This document shows, one piece after another, positions 19,306-29,459 of a DNA stretch of 64,000 nt. The position numbers and the translations under genes are program-made. Numbering within the stretch: the stretch's first letter is position 1; each line of letters begins with the position of its first letter. Where the stretch lies: positions 2,112,001 to 2,176,000 of the forward strand of contig CAVSGO010000007.1 in the NCBI GenBank assembly GCA_963727525.1. Reading direction: 5' to 3'. The notes beneath the pieces were generated by a model. That model worked only from the letters and a program-made list of their open reading frames with translations. It was not told the DNA's origin and did not search any database. Source of the stretch: an uncultured bacterium. Its GTDB lineage: Bacteria; Krumholzibacteriota; Krumholzibacteriia; LZORAL124-64-63.

Positions 19306-19809
19306 ATGAAACGACAGCTATTGCTAGTACTTGCGGCGAGTCTGTTCGTCCTGAGTATTCCGGTCGTCGCCCTTGCGGACGCGTCGATCGTGCAGCTCTG
19401 GTGCCATGCGCCGGACGATACGCCGAACATCGTGGAAGTGCATTTCTCGGTGGTCAATTACAGCACCGATGAGCCGATCTGCGGCTTCTCGCTGCGCTCG
19501 GAGCCGTTCCCGCCGTACGACGGCTGCGTGCCGCTGTGGCTGCAGGACACGCCGGGCTGGACGGGATCGCTCAATGCCATGGGTGGCGCCGACTGGACGG
19601 CCGACGCCGGCCACTGTATCACCGCTCCGAACATGGACGGCGAGTTCGTGATCGCGTTGCCGGATCCCGACAACACCTTCTGCTGTTACGTGGCGCAGTA
19701 CCTCGACGCCGCAGGCAACGTGCTGGTCGAGCAGGAGGAGTGCTTCTACTGTTCCGTGGTGCCGACCGAGTCCACGGACTGGGGTAGCATCAAGAGCATG
19801 TATCGCTGA
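19306..19809 (+). CDS. Small Cys-containing secreted protein with C-terminal DWGSIKSMYR tail
   Basis: GGAGG RBS; signal peptide MKRQLLLVLAASLFVLSIPVVALA; ends VPTESTDWGSIKSMYR. Confidence 0.85.
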   Translation: MKRQLLLVLAASLFVLSIPVVALADASIVQLWCHAPDDTPNIVEVHFSVVNYSTDEPICGFSLRSEPFPPYDGCVPLWLQDTPGWTGSLNAMGGADWTADAGHCITAPNMDGEFVIALPDPDNTFCCYVAQYLDAAGNVLVEQEECFYCSVVPTESTDWGSIKSMYR

Positions 19810-19847
19810 GAACGCGGAACGAGTTCGCGGACCCAGTGAGTCGCGCA

Positions 19848-19873
19848 GGGGCGGTTCCGGCAGGAACCGCCCC
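19848..19873 (+). terminator. Terminator-like hairpin
   Basis: 11-bp stem GGGGCGGTTCC / GGAACCGCCCC, 4-nt loop, 39 nt after stop. Confidence 0.55.
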
Positions 19874-19908
19874 ATCTCGTATCATCACACCCCGCACGGG
19901 AGACGGCC

Positions 19909-20730
19909 ATGACCGATGGCCCAGGCACGCTCGCTGTCGCCCTGGTCCAGCTCGACGCCGGTGAGGACGTCACCGTCAACGTGGCCCGCGCCGAAGCTCT
20001 TGCGCGCGACGCCATCGCCGGTGGTGCGCGACTCGTCGTGCTGCCCGAGATGTTCCACTTCCGCAGCACGGGCCAGCCCGCGCGTCTGCCCGGCGAGACG
20101 ATCCCCGGCCCCTCCACCCGTGGACTGCAGAAGATCGCGGCCAATGCGGGCGCCGCCATCCTCGCCGGCAGCGTATGCGAGCGCGTCGGGGACGACTTTC
20201 GCGTCTACAACACGTCGGTACTCATCGCCCCCGACGGCGGCATCGCGGCCACATATCGCAAGATCCATCTCTTCGACGTGGAGATCGACGGCACCGCCAT
20301 CCGCGAATCCGACTGGTACCACGCCGGCGACACCACCGCGTGCGCCGACGTCCTCGGCCACCGCCTCGGCCTGAGCATCTGTTACGACCTGCGCTTCCCC
20401 GAACTCTACCGCCGCCACGCCGACGCGGGCGCCGACCTGCTCGCCGTGCCGGCCTCCTTCACCGCCACCAGCGGGGCCGCCCACTGGGAGAGCCTGTTGC
20501 GCGCCCGCGCCATCGAGAACCAGGCCTTCGTGCTGGCCCCCAACCAGACCGGCTCCGGCTCGGGTGGCGTGAAGACCTACGGCAACAGCCTGATCGTCGA
20601 CCCCTGGGGCATGATCCTCGCCCGCGGGAGCGACGACGGCACGGAGATCATCACTGCCACCCTCGACTTCGACCGACTCACCGAGGTGCGACGGAGATTG
20701 CCCGCGCTGGGGCATCGGAGATTGGGGTGA
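19909..20730 (+). CDS. Carbon-nitrogen hydrolase (Nit1-like amidase)
   Basis: Glu-Lys-Cys triad motifs VLPE, YRKIHLFD, ICYDLRFPE; LLRARAIENQ. Confidence 0.92.
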   Translation: MTDGPGTLAVALVQLDAGEDVTVNVARAEALARDAIAGGARLVVLPEMFHFRSTGQPARLPGETIPGPSTRGLQKIAANAGAAILAGSVCERVGDDFRVYNTSVLIAPDGGIAATYRKIHLFDVEIDGTAIRESDWYHAGDTTACADVLGHRLGLSICYDLRFPELYRRHADAGADLLAVPASFTATSGAAHWESLLRARAIENQAFVLAPNQTGSGSGGVKTYGNSLIVDPWGMILARGSDDGTEIITATLDFDRLTEVRRRLPALGHRRLG

Positions 20731-20744
20731 GGAGTGAGGGCAGG

Positions 20745-21959
20745 TCAGCCACGGGCTTGTTGCAGGAGGACCTGGCTGGTGATGCGGTCCAGTGCCTTAC
20801 CGAGCGGTTCCTCCTCGATGCCCGAGAATGAGAGGCGCACGTGGTGGGAGTAGCGGTCATCGCCGAAGGCGGTACCGGGGATGACGGCCACACCGGCGTC
20901 GAGGAAGGTCTGGAGCAGGTGGTCGCCTGGCTTCGTGCCCGTTGGTGCCGGCGCCACGCGGTTTGCGAGATCGAGAAAGAAGTAGAAGGCGCCCTCGGGC
21001 TTGTAGAGGTGGTCGCCGAGCACGGGACGCAGGCGGTCGAAGATGAGGTCGCGGCGGCGGCCGAAGCGTGCGAGCAACTCACGCAGCCACACGTCGCGAT
21101 CGTCGCGTGCGGTGAGCGCCACGGCGAAGGCTTTCTGGATGAAGGGCACGACGCCGGCCGTCTGCGTGTACTCGCCCAGGGTGAGCCGCTGCATCAACTC
21201 CGCGTCGCGGCACACGGTGTAGCCGATGCGAAAGCCCGTGGCCGCGTACGATTTCGAGCAGGTGAACACGGCAAAGATATGGTCGCCGGGGAACTCGAGC
21301 ATGGTCACGTGGCGCGCATCGCCGTACACGAAGTCCTTGTACGCCTCGTCTGACACGATGCGCACACCGTGCTGGCGGCATAGCGCGTCGATGCGCGTCA
21401 GCTCGTCGCGCGAGAACACCTTGCCCGTGGGATTGTGCGGCGAATTGAGGTAGAGGATGTCGGCATCGGCGAGCTTGCGGTCGAGTTGCGCGAAGTCGAC
21501 CTCGAGTGCGCCGGCGCGCTCCACCAGGGCCACCGTGTCGAGCGTGAAATCGGCATAAGGGAAGATGTTCTCCAGCACGCAGCTCCAGGTGGGCGCGAAG
21601 GCCAGCACACGGCCCCCCGCGAAGAGTCCGAAGACGAGTTGCAGCCCCTCCTGTCCTCCGTACGTGCACAGCACGTGCTCGCGCGCGATGCCGGTGATCC
21701 CCATCTCTGCGAGATGCGCGATCACCGCATCCTTGAAGAACGGCTCACCACCGGATTTGGGATAGCGCGTGAGCCCCGCATCGATCGCCGCCTTCGCCGC
21801 CTTCACCACGAAGCCCGGCGTCGGGTCGGCCAGCTCCCCCCGCTGCAGGAACGCGAATCGCTCGCCGGTGCGCCCTTCCCACCGCGGTGCCACGTCACGG
21901 ATGCGCTCGCTGATCTCGACGATCGGCGACAACCCGATGCGGGCGAAGTTCGGATTCAC
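20745..21959 (-). CDS. PLP-dependent aminotransferase class I/II
   Basis: NSPHNPTG, SDEAY, SKSYAATGFRIGY (PLP Lys), VRLSF; GGAGG RBS. Confidence 0.92.
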   Translation of the reverse strand: MNPNFARIGLSPIVEISERIRDVAPRWEGRTGERFAFLQRGELADPTPGFVVKAAKAAIDAGLTRYPKSGGEPFFKDAVIAHLAEMGITGIAREHVLCTYGGQEGLQLVFGLFAGGRVLAFAPTWSCVLENIFPYADFTLDTVALVERAGALEVDFAQLDRKLADADILYLNSPHNPTGKVFSRDELTRIDALCRQHGVRIVSDEAYKDFVYGDARHVTMLEFPGDHIFAVFTCSKSYAATGFRIGYTVCRDAELMQRLTLGEYTQTAGVVPFIQKAFAVALTARDDRDVWLRELLARFGRRRDLIFDRLRPVLGDHLYKPEGAFYFFLDLANRVAPAPTGTKPGDHLLQTFLDAGVAVIPGTAFGDDRYSHHVRLSFSGIEEEPLGKALDRITSQVLLQQARG

Positions 21960-21979
21960 CGCTTGGCCTCCTGCTAGGG

Positions 21980-22059
21980 GGTATCATGGGGCGTGATGGG
22001 AATCGGCGGCCTTCGAGCAAGCCAGGCGGTCGCCGACCCCCATCACACCCCATGATACC
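21980..22059 (+). repeat. ~80-bp palindromic element, copy 1
   Basis: 32-nt arms (28/32 Watson-Crick complementary) around loop TTCGAGCAAGCCAGGC; related to 38681-38758. Confidence 0.8.
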
Positions 22060-22152
22060 TGCGCCTACGGGAGGAAGCCACGGGGCATCTCACTCGTGGT
22101 CGGAGCTCGTTCGATGCGACGAAATTCGTGTGCTTCCAGGCGGCGGCTGACC

Positions 22153-22653
22153 TCAGGCGATCGCCCCCTTGGCTCCGGCCAGGCGGCGCAGCACGCCGAG
22201 CTGGCCGCAGTGGTACGATTCGTGGAACACGAGGGTCACCAGCAGGGAGCCACACGTCTCGTCGTCGCGGCCACCAGGGCTGATGGGGGCCTTGGCGACC
22301 AAGAACTCGCTGGCGAGGGCGGCAATGCCGGCTTTCAGGGGTTCGGCAGTGGCCGCGAAATCTTTCTTCATGGTCGAGAGCGGCACGGTGTCGGTCGCAT
22401 CGACGATGGGCGGCGAGCCGCGGCGGTAGCGATCGTAGCGATCGGCCGGGAAGGGGCACGCCTGACCGAGCAAGGCGAGCGCGCCGCCACGGGCCTGGAC
22501 GATGTGGCCGGCGACCCAGTTCACGCAGTTGCCGCCGGGGGCCGGCTGGACGAGGGCGTCGTCGTCCGACAGTCCCTCCAAGTTCACCTCGAACGTGTAG
22601 GAAATAGCGCCATACTGGAGCGACAGCGTCCACTGCAAGGTCTCGATATCCAT
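22153..22653 (-). CDS. DinB family protein
   Basis: NCVNWVAGHI and FHESYHCGQL His motifs. Confidence 0.88.
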   Translation of the reverse strand: MDIETLQWTLSLQYGAISYTFEVNLEGLSDDDALVQPAPGGNCVNWVAGHIVQARGGALALLGQACPFPADRYDRYRRGSPPIVDATDTVPLSTMKKDFAATAEPLKAGIAALASEFLVAKAPISPGGRDDETCGSLLVTLVFHESYHCGQLGVLRRLAGAKGAIA

Positions 22654-22656
22654 GAC

Positions 22657-23136
22657 TTACTCCCCATCGTCGGGTGTGGGTGGTTTCTGACTGGTTACGC
22701 GCCGGATCGCGTCCAGCACGCGTACGAAGGCCTGACGTTCGTCTGAAGAAAGCTCGGCATCGAGCGCAGCCTCGAACGCCTCGAGCCGCACCCGCAGGCG
22801 GGTGGCCGCGTCGCGCCCCGAGTCGGTGAGATCGACGACGAATGACCGCCGGTCCTCAGGATTGACGGACCGCACGACCTGCCCGGCCCCCTCCAGCCGA
22901 TCGACCATGCCCGTCACCGTCGACTTGTGCAGCCCGAAGATCGAGACGAGATCGCCGATCGGTACCGGCGCGTAGCTCCCCAGGTAGCTGAGCATATGCG
23001 CCACCCCAGCCGGCACGCCCTCCGCCGCCGCCTCCCCCGCGAGATGACCCTGGATCTGTCGCGTCGCCCGATGCCACGGACTGAGGTAGCGCAGCGCGGG
23101 ATGGATCGGGATACGCGATGCCTTCTTTTTGTTCAT
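22657..23136 (-). CDS. MarR family transcriptional regulator
   Basis: KSTVTGMVDRLE...VVRSVNPEDRRSFVVDLTDSG winged-helix signature. Confidence 0.92.
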   Translation of the reverse strand: MNKKKASRIPIHPALRYLSPWHRATRQIQGHLAGEAAAEGVPAGVAHMLSYLGSYAPVPIGDLVSIFGLHKSTVTGMVDRLEGAGQVVRSVNPEDRRSFVVDLTDSGRDAATRLRVRLEAFEAALDAELSSDERQAFVRVLDAIRRVTSQKPPTPDDGE

Positions 23137-23137
23137 T

Positions 23138-23170
23138 TTCGTACTATACGATTACGAACAAAATCCGCAA
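23138..23170 (-). promoter_or_regulatory. Sigma70-type promoter for probably leaderless marR, with overlapping palindrome
   Basis: Minus strand TTGCGG-N16-TATAGT-N6-ATG; inverted repeat TTCGTA(23138)...TACGAA(23158). Confidence 0.55.
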
Positions 23171-23342
23171 CTCCCGCCGGTCGGACCCTACCGGTACCGA
23201 GCGTAAGGCCCGAGCGCGACCTCGCGGACGATGCATGTCGTCTTTCTCCTCCGTTTCTCGTTTCTCCCCATGACCGCGATCACGAGGCCCGCACCGGCAC
23301 GACGGTCGGGAGCTTCGCCACCTGTTTCCCGGAGGTACCGCC

Positions 23343-26300
23343 ATGCCCCGCCGTTCCAGCACCCGTGCGCCGATCCTGCGCGGGACGCTCGCCATCCTGT
23401 TCTGCGTGTTCGCGACCGCGAACGGTCGCGCCACCGTCACCGGCGCCTGGATCGCGGAGGGTGACCAGGTCGACGCGAACTTCGGCAAGGTCGTCGGCAC
23501 GGCCGGCGACGTGAACGGCGACGGCTACTCGGACGCCATCGTCGGCGCGCCCGGCGCCGGCGGCGGCCTGGGTGCGATCTACGTGTTCCACGGCGGTCCG
23601 GTAGGACTGGGCGCCGACCCCGACTGGACGCTGACGGGCAACGGCGACGGCATCGGCGGCTCGGCCGCCACGGCCGGGGACGTGAACGGCGACGGGTACG
23701 ACGACCTGCTCGTCGGCGCCGGTCTCTACAGCGACGGCGAGCAGTTCGAGGGGCGCGTGTCCCTGTACCTGGGGGGAGCCGACGGCCTGCAGTCGACGCC
23801 GGTGTGGTCCGTGGAATCGAACGGGGTGCTTGCCCGCCTGAGTGTCGTGGCGTCGGCCGGAGACTTCGATGGCGACGGGTACGGCGACGTCCTCGTCGGC
23901 GCGCCCGGCTGGAACTCGGAGGCGGGCAAGATCTGGCTCTACGGCGGCGACCCGAGCGGGGTCCCGCACGAGATCCTGTCCCTCGAGGGTTCTCCCGGCG
24001 ACAACTTCGGGTCCGCGTTCGCCGCCGGCGACGCCAACGCCGACGGCTACGACGACGTGCTGATCGGTGCGCCGACCGCGGGCTACGTCCGTTTCGTCTT
24101 CGGCTACGACCAGGGCCCCGTCACCTCCGGCACGCTGCTGGGTCCGAACGGATCGACCGGGAAGTTCGGGCGATCGGTGACCACAGCCGGCGACGTCGAC
24201 CTCGACGGCTACTGCGACTTCGTGGTCGGCGCACCCCAGGACAGCGTCGGCACCGGCTGGCAGGAAGGCGTGATCTACCTCTACCGCGGCAGCGCCACGG
24301 CCTGGTTCGGCAACGCGCCCGCCTGGTCGTACGACTCCAACGTGGCCGGCGCCCAGCTCGGCTTCACGGCGGCCTGCGCCGGCGACGTGAACGGCGACGG
24401 GCGTCCCGACCTCGCCGTCGGTGCTCCCTTCCTCGCCAACGGCAACGTCTTCGAGGGCCGCGGCTACCTCCTCTACGGCAACGCGACCGCTTACGACACG
24501 GGGTCCCTGGCCTGGGTCGCGGAGGGCGACCAGGACCACGCGACGTTCGCCCTGGCGATCGGCACGCCCGGCGACGTGAACGGCGACGGGTTCTCCGACC
24601 TGATCGCCGCGGCGCCGGGATTCGACGACCCGGATTCCGACGAGGGGCGCGTCGCCGTCTGGCACGGCGGCGCCGACATGCCCACGTACCACTCGGCGGA
24701 CACCGAGGGGAATCAGGAGCTGGCCGAGTACGGTTCCGCGCTCGCCCTGGGCGACTTCAACGGCGACGGCTACGACGAATACGTGGTCGCGACCGGTCAA
24801 TACCAGCTTGGGTCGCCGCCCCAGGCGTCCGGCGCGGTCTGGATCTACCCGGGTCGGCCTGGACTCGCGTCGACCGTGCCGTCGATGATGCTCACCCTGA
24901 TCAACGGCGCGAACCACTTCGGCGCCGACGTGGCCGGCGTCCACGACGTCGGCGGAGACGGCTACGACGACCTGCTGGTCGGGGCGCCCGGCACGGGCGG
25001 CGGCCAGGGCGCCGCCCACCTCTTCCGCGGCAGCGCCGCCGGCATCGCCCCGCCCCCCGTCTGGACCGCGACCGCTCCGGAGGGCGGCGAGTTCGGCCAC
25101 GCGGTCGCCTCGGCCGGCGACGTCAACGGCGACGGCTATCCGGACGCCCTCGTCGGGGCGCCGTACGTCGATCAGAGCGACCTCGACGAAGGCGCGGCCT
25201 ACCTGTACCTCGGCGGACCCAGCGGCCTTTCCGGTACGGCCGCCTGGACGGCGCACGGTGACGCGGGCGGGGCGCTCTTCGGCTGGGACGTGGCCGCAGT
25301 CGGCGACGTCAACGGCGACGGCTACGGCGAGATCGCGATCGGCGCGCCGGGCTTCCTGGTCGGCACGGGGACGGGCCGGGTCTACGTCTACTTCGGCGGC
25401 CCTGGGGGCATCGCCGATATCGAACCTTGGATCTGTAGCGAGACCAGCGGGTCCAGCGAGACCGGATTCGCCGTGGCCGGAGGCGACTTCGACGGGAACG
25501 GATTCTCCGACATCGTGGTCGGATCCCCGGGCTGGCAACAGGGTGGGATGGGCCAGGGTCGGGTCGCGGTGTACCTCAGCGACGGGGTCTCCCTCGCCGC
25601 CACGCCCGCCTGGTTCCGGATCGGGCCCCAGTCCGGCGGTCGGCTCGGCCACGCCGTGGCGGCGGCCGACCTCGACCTCGACGGCGTCGACGAGGTCGTG
25701 GCAAGCCAGCCGTACGTCTGGGACGGTCAGGAAGAGGAGGGCCAGGTGCTGGTGATCCGCCCGGCGACGGGCGAACTCGTCTGGGCGGCCGACGGGAACG
25801 CGCCGCTGGCCTGGCACGGCCTCGCGGTCGCCACCCGCGGCGACGTGAACGGCGATGGCTTCCCCGACATCCTGACCGGTGCGCCCGGCCAGGAAGACCC
25901 CCTGGTACACGAGGGTCTGGCGCATCTCTGGCTCGGCAACGGCGGCTTCCTGTATCGCTTCTTCGACATCATCCCCGGCGCCGACCGCCGCGTGCGGCTG
26001 CGGACGGCCGACGACGCGCGGGCCATCGGGCTTCTGGGCGGCGTCGACGCCGGTCAGGTCCTGGTCGCGGCGAACGGCCGCACGCCGATGGGCCGCGCGG
26101 ACGTCTCGCTCGAACTGGAGGTCAAGCCGGCCGGTGTGCCCTTCGACGGCAGCGCGACGGTCGTCACCCCGTTCTCAGACACCGGTTTGCCGACCGCGGG
26201 GGGCGGCAGCTTCGCCGAGCTGGCAGCCACAGCCTCGGCGCTGATTCCGCAGGAACGCTACCGCTGGCGCGCCCGCCTGCGCACGACCGACCCGCTGGCC

Positions 26301-26690
26301 AAGCGGTCGCCGTGGTTCACCGATCCCGGCAACAATGTCAGCGAGTTCGATTTCCGGACCGCGCTCGATCCGACCGCGGTCGACGACGGGACGAGCGTCG
26401 GCGTGAGCCCCTCGCTCGTGGTCTCGTTCGCCGCGCGCCCGACCCCGTTCTCCGATGCCAATACCATGCAGTTCGACCTGGCGCGCGCCGGCCGGATCCG
26501 GGTGGCGATCTACGACCTCGCCGGCCGCCGGCTCGCGGTGCTGGCCGACGGCTACCGCGAGGCCGGCACCCACCAGGTCCGGTGGCGAGGGACCGAGGAC
26601 TCCGGTCGGCGGGTCGCCTCCGGGGTCTACTTCGGGGTGATCGAGTCGGACCGGGAGCGGCACGTCCGGCGGCTCGTGGTGGCGCGGTGA
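23343..26690 (+). CDS. Secreted FG-GAP (integrin-alpha-like) repeat protein with C-terminal FlgD-Ig/T9SS-like domain
   Basis: 14 DxxxDG calcium-binding/FG-GAP repeats; signal peptide; C-terminus PTPFS..IYDLAGRRLAVL..WRGTEDSGRRVASGVYF. Confidence 0.88.
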   Translation: MPRRSSTRAPILRGTLAILFCVFATANGRATVTGAWIAEGDQVDANFGKVVGTAGDVNGDGYSDAIVGAPGAGGGLGAIYVFHGGPVGLGADPDWTLTGNGDGIGGSAATAGDVNGDGYDDLLVGAGLYSDGEQFEGRVSLYLGGADGLQSTPVWSVESNGVLARLSVVASAGDFDGDGYGDVLVGAPGWNSEAGKIWLYGGDPSGVPHEILSLEGSPGDNFGSAFAAGDANADGYDDVLIGAPTAGYVRFVFGYDQGPVTSGTLLGPNGSTGKFGRSVTTAGDVDLDGYCDFVVGAPQDSVGTGWQEGVIYLYRGSATAWFGNAPAWSYDSNVAGAQLGFTAACAGDVNGDGRPDLAVGAPFLANGNVFEGRGYLLYGNATAYDTGSLAWVAEGDQDHATFALAIGTPGDVNGDGFSDLIAAAPGFDDPDSDEGRVAVWHGGADMPTYHSADTEGNQELAEYGSALALGDFNGDGYDEYVVATGQYQLGSPPQASGAVWIYPGRPGLASTVPSMMLTLINGANHFGADVAGVHDVGGDGYDDLLVGAPGTGGGQGAAHLFRGSAAGIAPPPVWTATAPEGGEFGHAVASAGDVNGDGYPDALVGAPYVDQSDLDEGAAYLYLGGPSGLSGTAAWTAHGDAGGALFGWDVAAVGDVNGDGYGEIAIGAPGFLVGTGTGRVYVYFGGPGGIADIEPWICSETSGSSETGFAVAGGDFDGNGFSDIVVGSPGWQQGGMGQGRVAVYLSDGVSLAATPAWFRIGPQSGGRLGHAVAAADLDLDGVDEVVASQPYVWDGQEEEGQVLVIRPATGELVWAADGNAPLAWHGLAVATRGDVNGDGFPDILTGAPGQEDPLVHEGLAHLWLGNGGFLYRFFDIIPGADRRVRLRTADDARAIGLLGGVDAGQVLVAANGRTPMGRADVSLELEVKPAGVPFDGSATVVTPFSDTGLPTAGGGSFAELAATASALIPQERYRWRARLRTTDPLAKRSPWFTDPGNNVSEFDFRTALDPTAVDDGTSVGVSPSLVVSFAARPTPFSDANTMQFDLARAGRIRVAIYDLAGRRLAVLADGYREAGTHQVRWRGTEDSGRRVASGVYFGVIESDRERHVRRLVVAR

Positions 26691-26738
26691 GCGCACGCCG
26701 CGTCCGGTGAACCTCGCGAGGTCCCGGGTCGCCCGGCG

Positions 26739-29459
26739 TCAGCCCCCCAGGCGCGACAGGGCGGCGCGGGCTTCGATCAGTCTCGGTTCGTCGGGCGGCA
26801 GGTCCGCGGCATAGGCCGCGACGGCGGATTCGAGCAGCGCCCGCGCGGTCTCGCGGTCGCCGGTGCCCGCGAGGACGAGCCCCAGTTCACGGCCCGCATC
26901 GGCGATGTCCACGGCGGTCGCCCCGGGATCCTGCCGGCGTCGCGCGAGCGCCTCGCGCAGCACCGGCGCGGCTGCCGCGAGGTCGCCGCCGAGACGCAGG
27001 GCGCGCCCCGCATTGACCAGATCCTTCGGGCCGAGCGGATCGCGAGCCGCGCCGCACCGATGGCGGCGGGCGAGCAGGTGCCGGTAGTGCGCATTGGCCT
27101 CGGCGAGCCGACCCGCCCGCAGGAACGAGCCGGCGATGTTGTTCTCCACGGTCAGCAGGGTCGGATGGTCGTCGGGCAGCAGGTGCTCGAAGATCTCCAG
27201 CGCCGTCGCGAAATCGGAGGCCGCGCGTTCGTAGTCGCCCCGGCGGTAGGCGACGAGGGCGAGTTCGTTCCGGGCCATCGCCGTGTCGACGTGCTCGTCC
27301 TGATAAAACCGCTGGTACATGGCGATGGCCTCGCCGAAGTACGCCTCGGCCTCGTCCAGGCGGTCGAGTTTCAGCAGGAGGCGCCCGTACTCGCGCAGCG
27401 TGCCGGCCAGCAGAGGATGACCGTCGGGAAAGAGAAGGCGGCGGCGCCCGATGGCCTCGCGGTAGAGCGCCTCGGCCTCCTCGGGGCGGCCGAGTTGCGA
27501 CACCGCGAACGCGAGATTGTGCAGGCTGGTCGCGATCGCAGAATGATCGGGCGCGAGATGCCGTCGGCGAATCGCCAGCGCCTCGCGCAAGAGCGGCTCG
27601 GCCTCCTCGCCGCGCCGGTCCTCGGCAAGCAGCGCGCCGAGGTTGTCGAGTCCGGTGGCGACCTCAGGGTCGTCGTCGCCGAACAGGCGACGGCACATGG
27701 CGAGACTGCGGCGGTAGGAAGCCTCGGCTGCGGTGTGGTCGCCAAGCCTCGACTGCAGGACACCGAGGTCGTTGTAGAGGTCGACCAGCTCCTTGCTGTC
27801 CCGGTTCCCGTCGCGCTCGAAGCGGGCCAGGGCCTCGCTGAGCAACGAGTCGGCGCGCGGATAGGCCGCCGCCCTGACCGCGAGCGAGCCCAGCTCGTAG
27901 AGCGCCGAGCGCACCTCCGGGGCGTCCTCGCCGCGCAGCCCGCGCTGCAGGGCAAGCGAGCGCTCGAGGAGCGGGCGGGCCTCGTCGTAGTCGCCGAGCG
28001 CTTCGTGGAGGTTGCCGAGCAGCGTGTAGATGTCGGCGCGGGTGGCTGGATCCTGCGCGAACTCGCGGTCGATCCGTTCGCGGCCTTGCCGGAGCAGGTC
28101 CGTGACGGAAGGTTCGGTGCCCGGCGCGGCGTCCGGGTCGGCCGCCTCGAACAGGCCCAGGAGGAACGTCTTGACCTCGTTCGCCCGCGCCGCCTCGCGC
28201 GCGGCGACGCGGGCCTGCCACGCGGTGCCGACGAGGCCAGACAGCAGCGCGAGCGTCACCGCTGTGGTCGCCGCGAGCTCCAGCCGGTGGCGGCGGAGAT
28301 ACTTGCGCAGCCGATAGCCGGACGAGGCCGGCCGCGCGGTCACCGGTCGACCGCGACGGAAGCGGTCGAGGTCGTTGCGCAGGTCCGCGGCCGTGGCGTA
28401 GCGCAGGTCGGGCTCCTCGCGCAACGCGCGGGCTACGATCGTCGCGAGGTCTCCGCGCAGCTGGCGCCGCAGGGCGCGAGGGTTCGTGCGCCGCGCGGAG
28501 GCCGTCGCGGTCGTGACCACCTGTGACATCGGACGCAGCGTGCGGTCCGGCACCCCCCCCGCGCGCGCGGTCTGCGGCGCGCGAAACGGATGCTGGCCCG
28601 CCAGCAGCTCGTAGAGAATGATGCCGAGCGCGTAAACGTCGGTCGCCGTCGTCACCGGCTCGCCCCGCAGCTGCTCCGGAGCGGCGTAGGCCGGTGTGAG
28701 CAGGCGCACCTCCGCGGCGGTGACCAGCGAACGGTCGTCGTCGGCATCGGTCAGGAGCTTGGCGATCCCGAAGTCGAGCAGCGTCACCCGGCCGGCCTCG
28801 GTCACCAGGATGTTGGCCGGCTTCAGGTCGCGATGCACCACGAGATGATGTTGCGCGAATGTCGCCGCGTCGCACACCTGGTCGAACAGCGCGAGGCGCG
28901 CGCGCAGCGACAGGCGACGACGATCGGCGAAGGTCGTCAGCGGCTCGCCGTCCACGAATTCCATCACGAAGTACGGCCGCCCGTCCTCGGTGGCGCCGCC
29001 GTCGATCAGTCGCGCGATCCCGGGGTGCTCGAGACGGGCCAGGATCTGACGTTCGCGCAGGAACCGGCGCAGGATCTCGTCGGTGTCCATGCCCCGCTTG
29101 AGGACTTTGACGGCCACCGTCTGCCGGAACTCGCCGTCGTCGCGCTCGCCCAGGTAGACGGTGCCCATGCCGCCGCGTCCGAGCTCGCGCAGGATCCGGT
29201 AGCGCCCCACGCGTCGCGGCGGCGGGGATGGTGGATCGAGACCCGCGAGCGGCTCGAGGTCGCGCCCGGCGACGCCGGCGTCCAGGGGACCGACCGGGGC
29301 CGAATCGGCGCGTAGCAGACGCTGGAGATGAGGCTCGAGCTGCGGATCGGCGGCCACGAGGCGGGCCTGCAAGGACGGACGGTCGGCCGCAGGAGCGTCG
29401 AACAGGGCGTCGAGCGCCGCGTCGATACGGACCCACAGGTCGCGGGCGGGCGGGGTCAT
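26739..29459 (-). CDS. Membrane Ser/Thr protein kinase with extracytoplasmic TPR repeats
   Basis: GRGGMGTV, VAVK, HRDLKPANIL, DFGIAK, APE; single TM; TPR_12-like repeats; ATGA overlap with sigma stop. Confidence 0.93.
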   Translation of the reverse strand: MTPPARDLWVRIDAALDALFDAPAADRPSLQARLVAADPQLEPHLQRLLRADSAPVGPLDAGVAGRDLEPLAGLDPPSPPPRRVGRYRILRELGRGGMGTVYLGERDDGEFRQTVAVKVLKRGMDTDEILRRFLRERQILARLEHPGIARLIDGGATEDGRPYFVMEFVDGEPLTTFADRRRLSLRARLALFDQVCDAATFAQHHLVVHRDLKPANILVTEAGRVTLLDFGIAKLLTDADDDRSLVTAAEVRLLTPAYAAPEQLRGEPVTTATDVYALGIILYELLAGQHPFRAPQTARAGGVPDRTLRPMSQVVTTATASARRTNPRALRRQLRGDLATIVARALREEPDLRYATAADLRNDLDRFRRGRPVTARPASSGYRLRKYLRRHRLELAATTAVTLALLSGLVGTAWQARVAAREAARANEVKTFLLGLFEAADPDAAPGTEPSVTDLLRQGRERIDREFAQDPATRADIYTLLGNLHEALGDYDEARPLLERSLALQRGLRGEDAPEVRSALYELGSLAVRAAAYPRADSLLSEALARFERDGNRDSKELVDLYNDLGVLQSRLGDHTAAEASYRRSLAMCRRLFGDDDPEVATGLDNLGALLAEDRRGEEAEPLLREALAIRRRHLAPDHSAIATSLHNLAFAVSQLGRPEEAEALYREAIGRRRLLFPDGHPLLAGTLREYGRLLLKLDRLDEAEAYFGEAIAMYQRFYQDEHVDTAMARNELALVAYRRGDYERAASDFATALEIFEHLLPDDHPTLLTVENNIAGSFLRAGRLAEANAHYRHLLARRHRCGAARDPLGPKDLVNAGRALRLGGDLAAAAPVLREALARRRQDPGATAVDIADAGRELGLVLAGTGDRETARALLESAVAAYAADLPPDEPRLIEARAALSRLGG

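Noticed and set aside
20724-20740. GGGGTGAGGAGTGAGGG as a third copy of the palindromic element
   Set aside because: Resembles an arm start only; no loop or complementary arm
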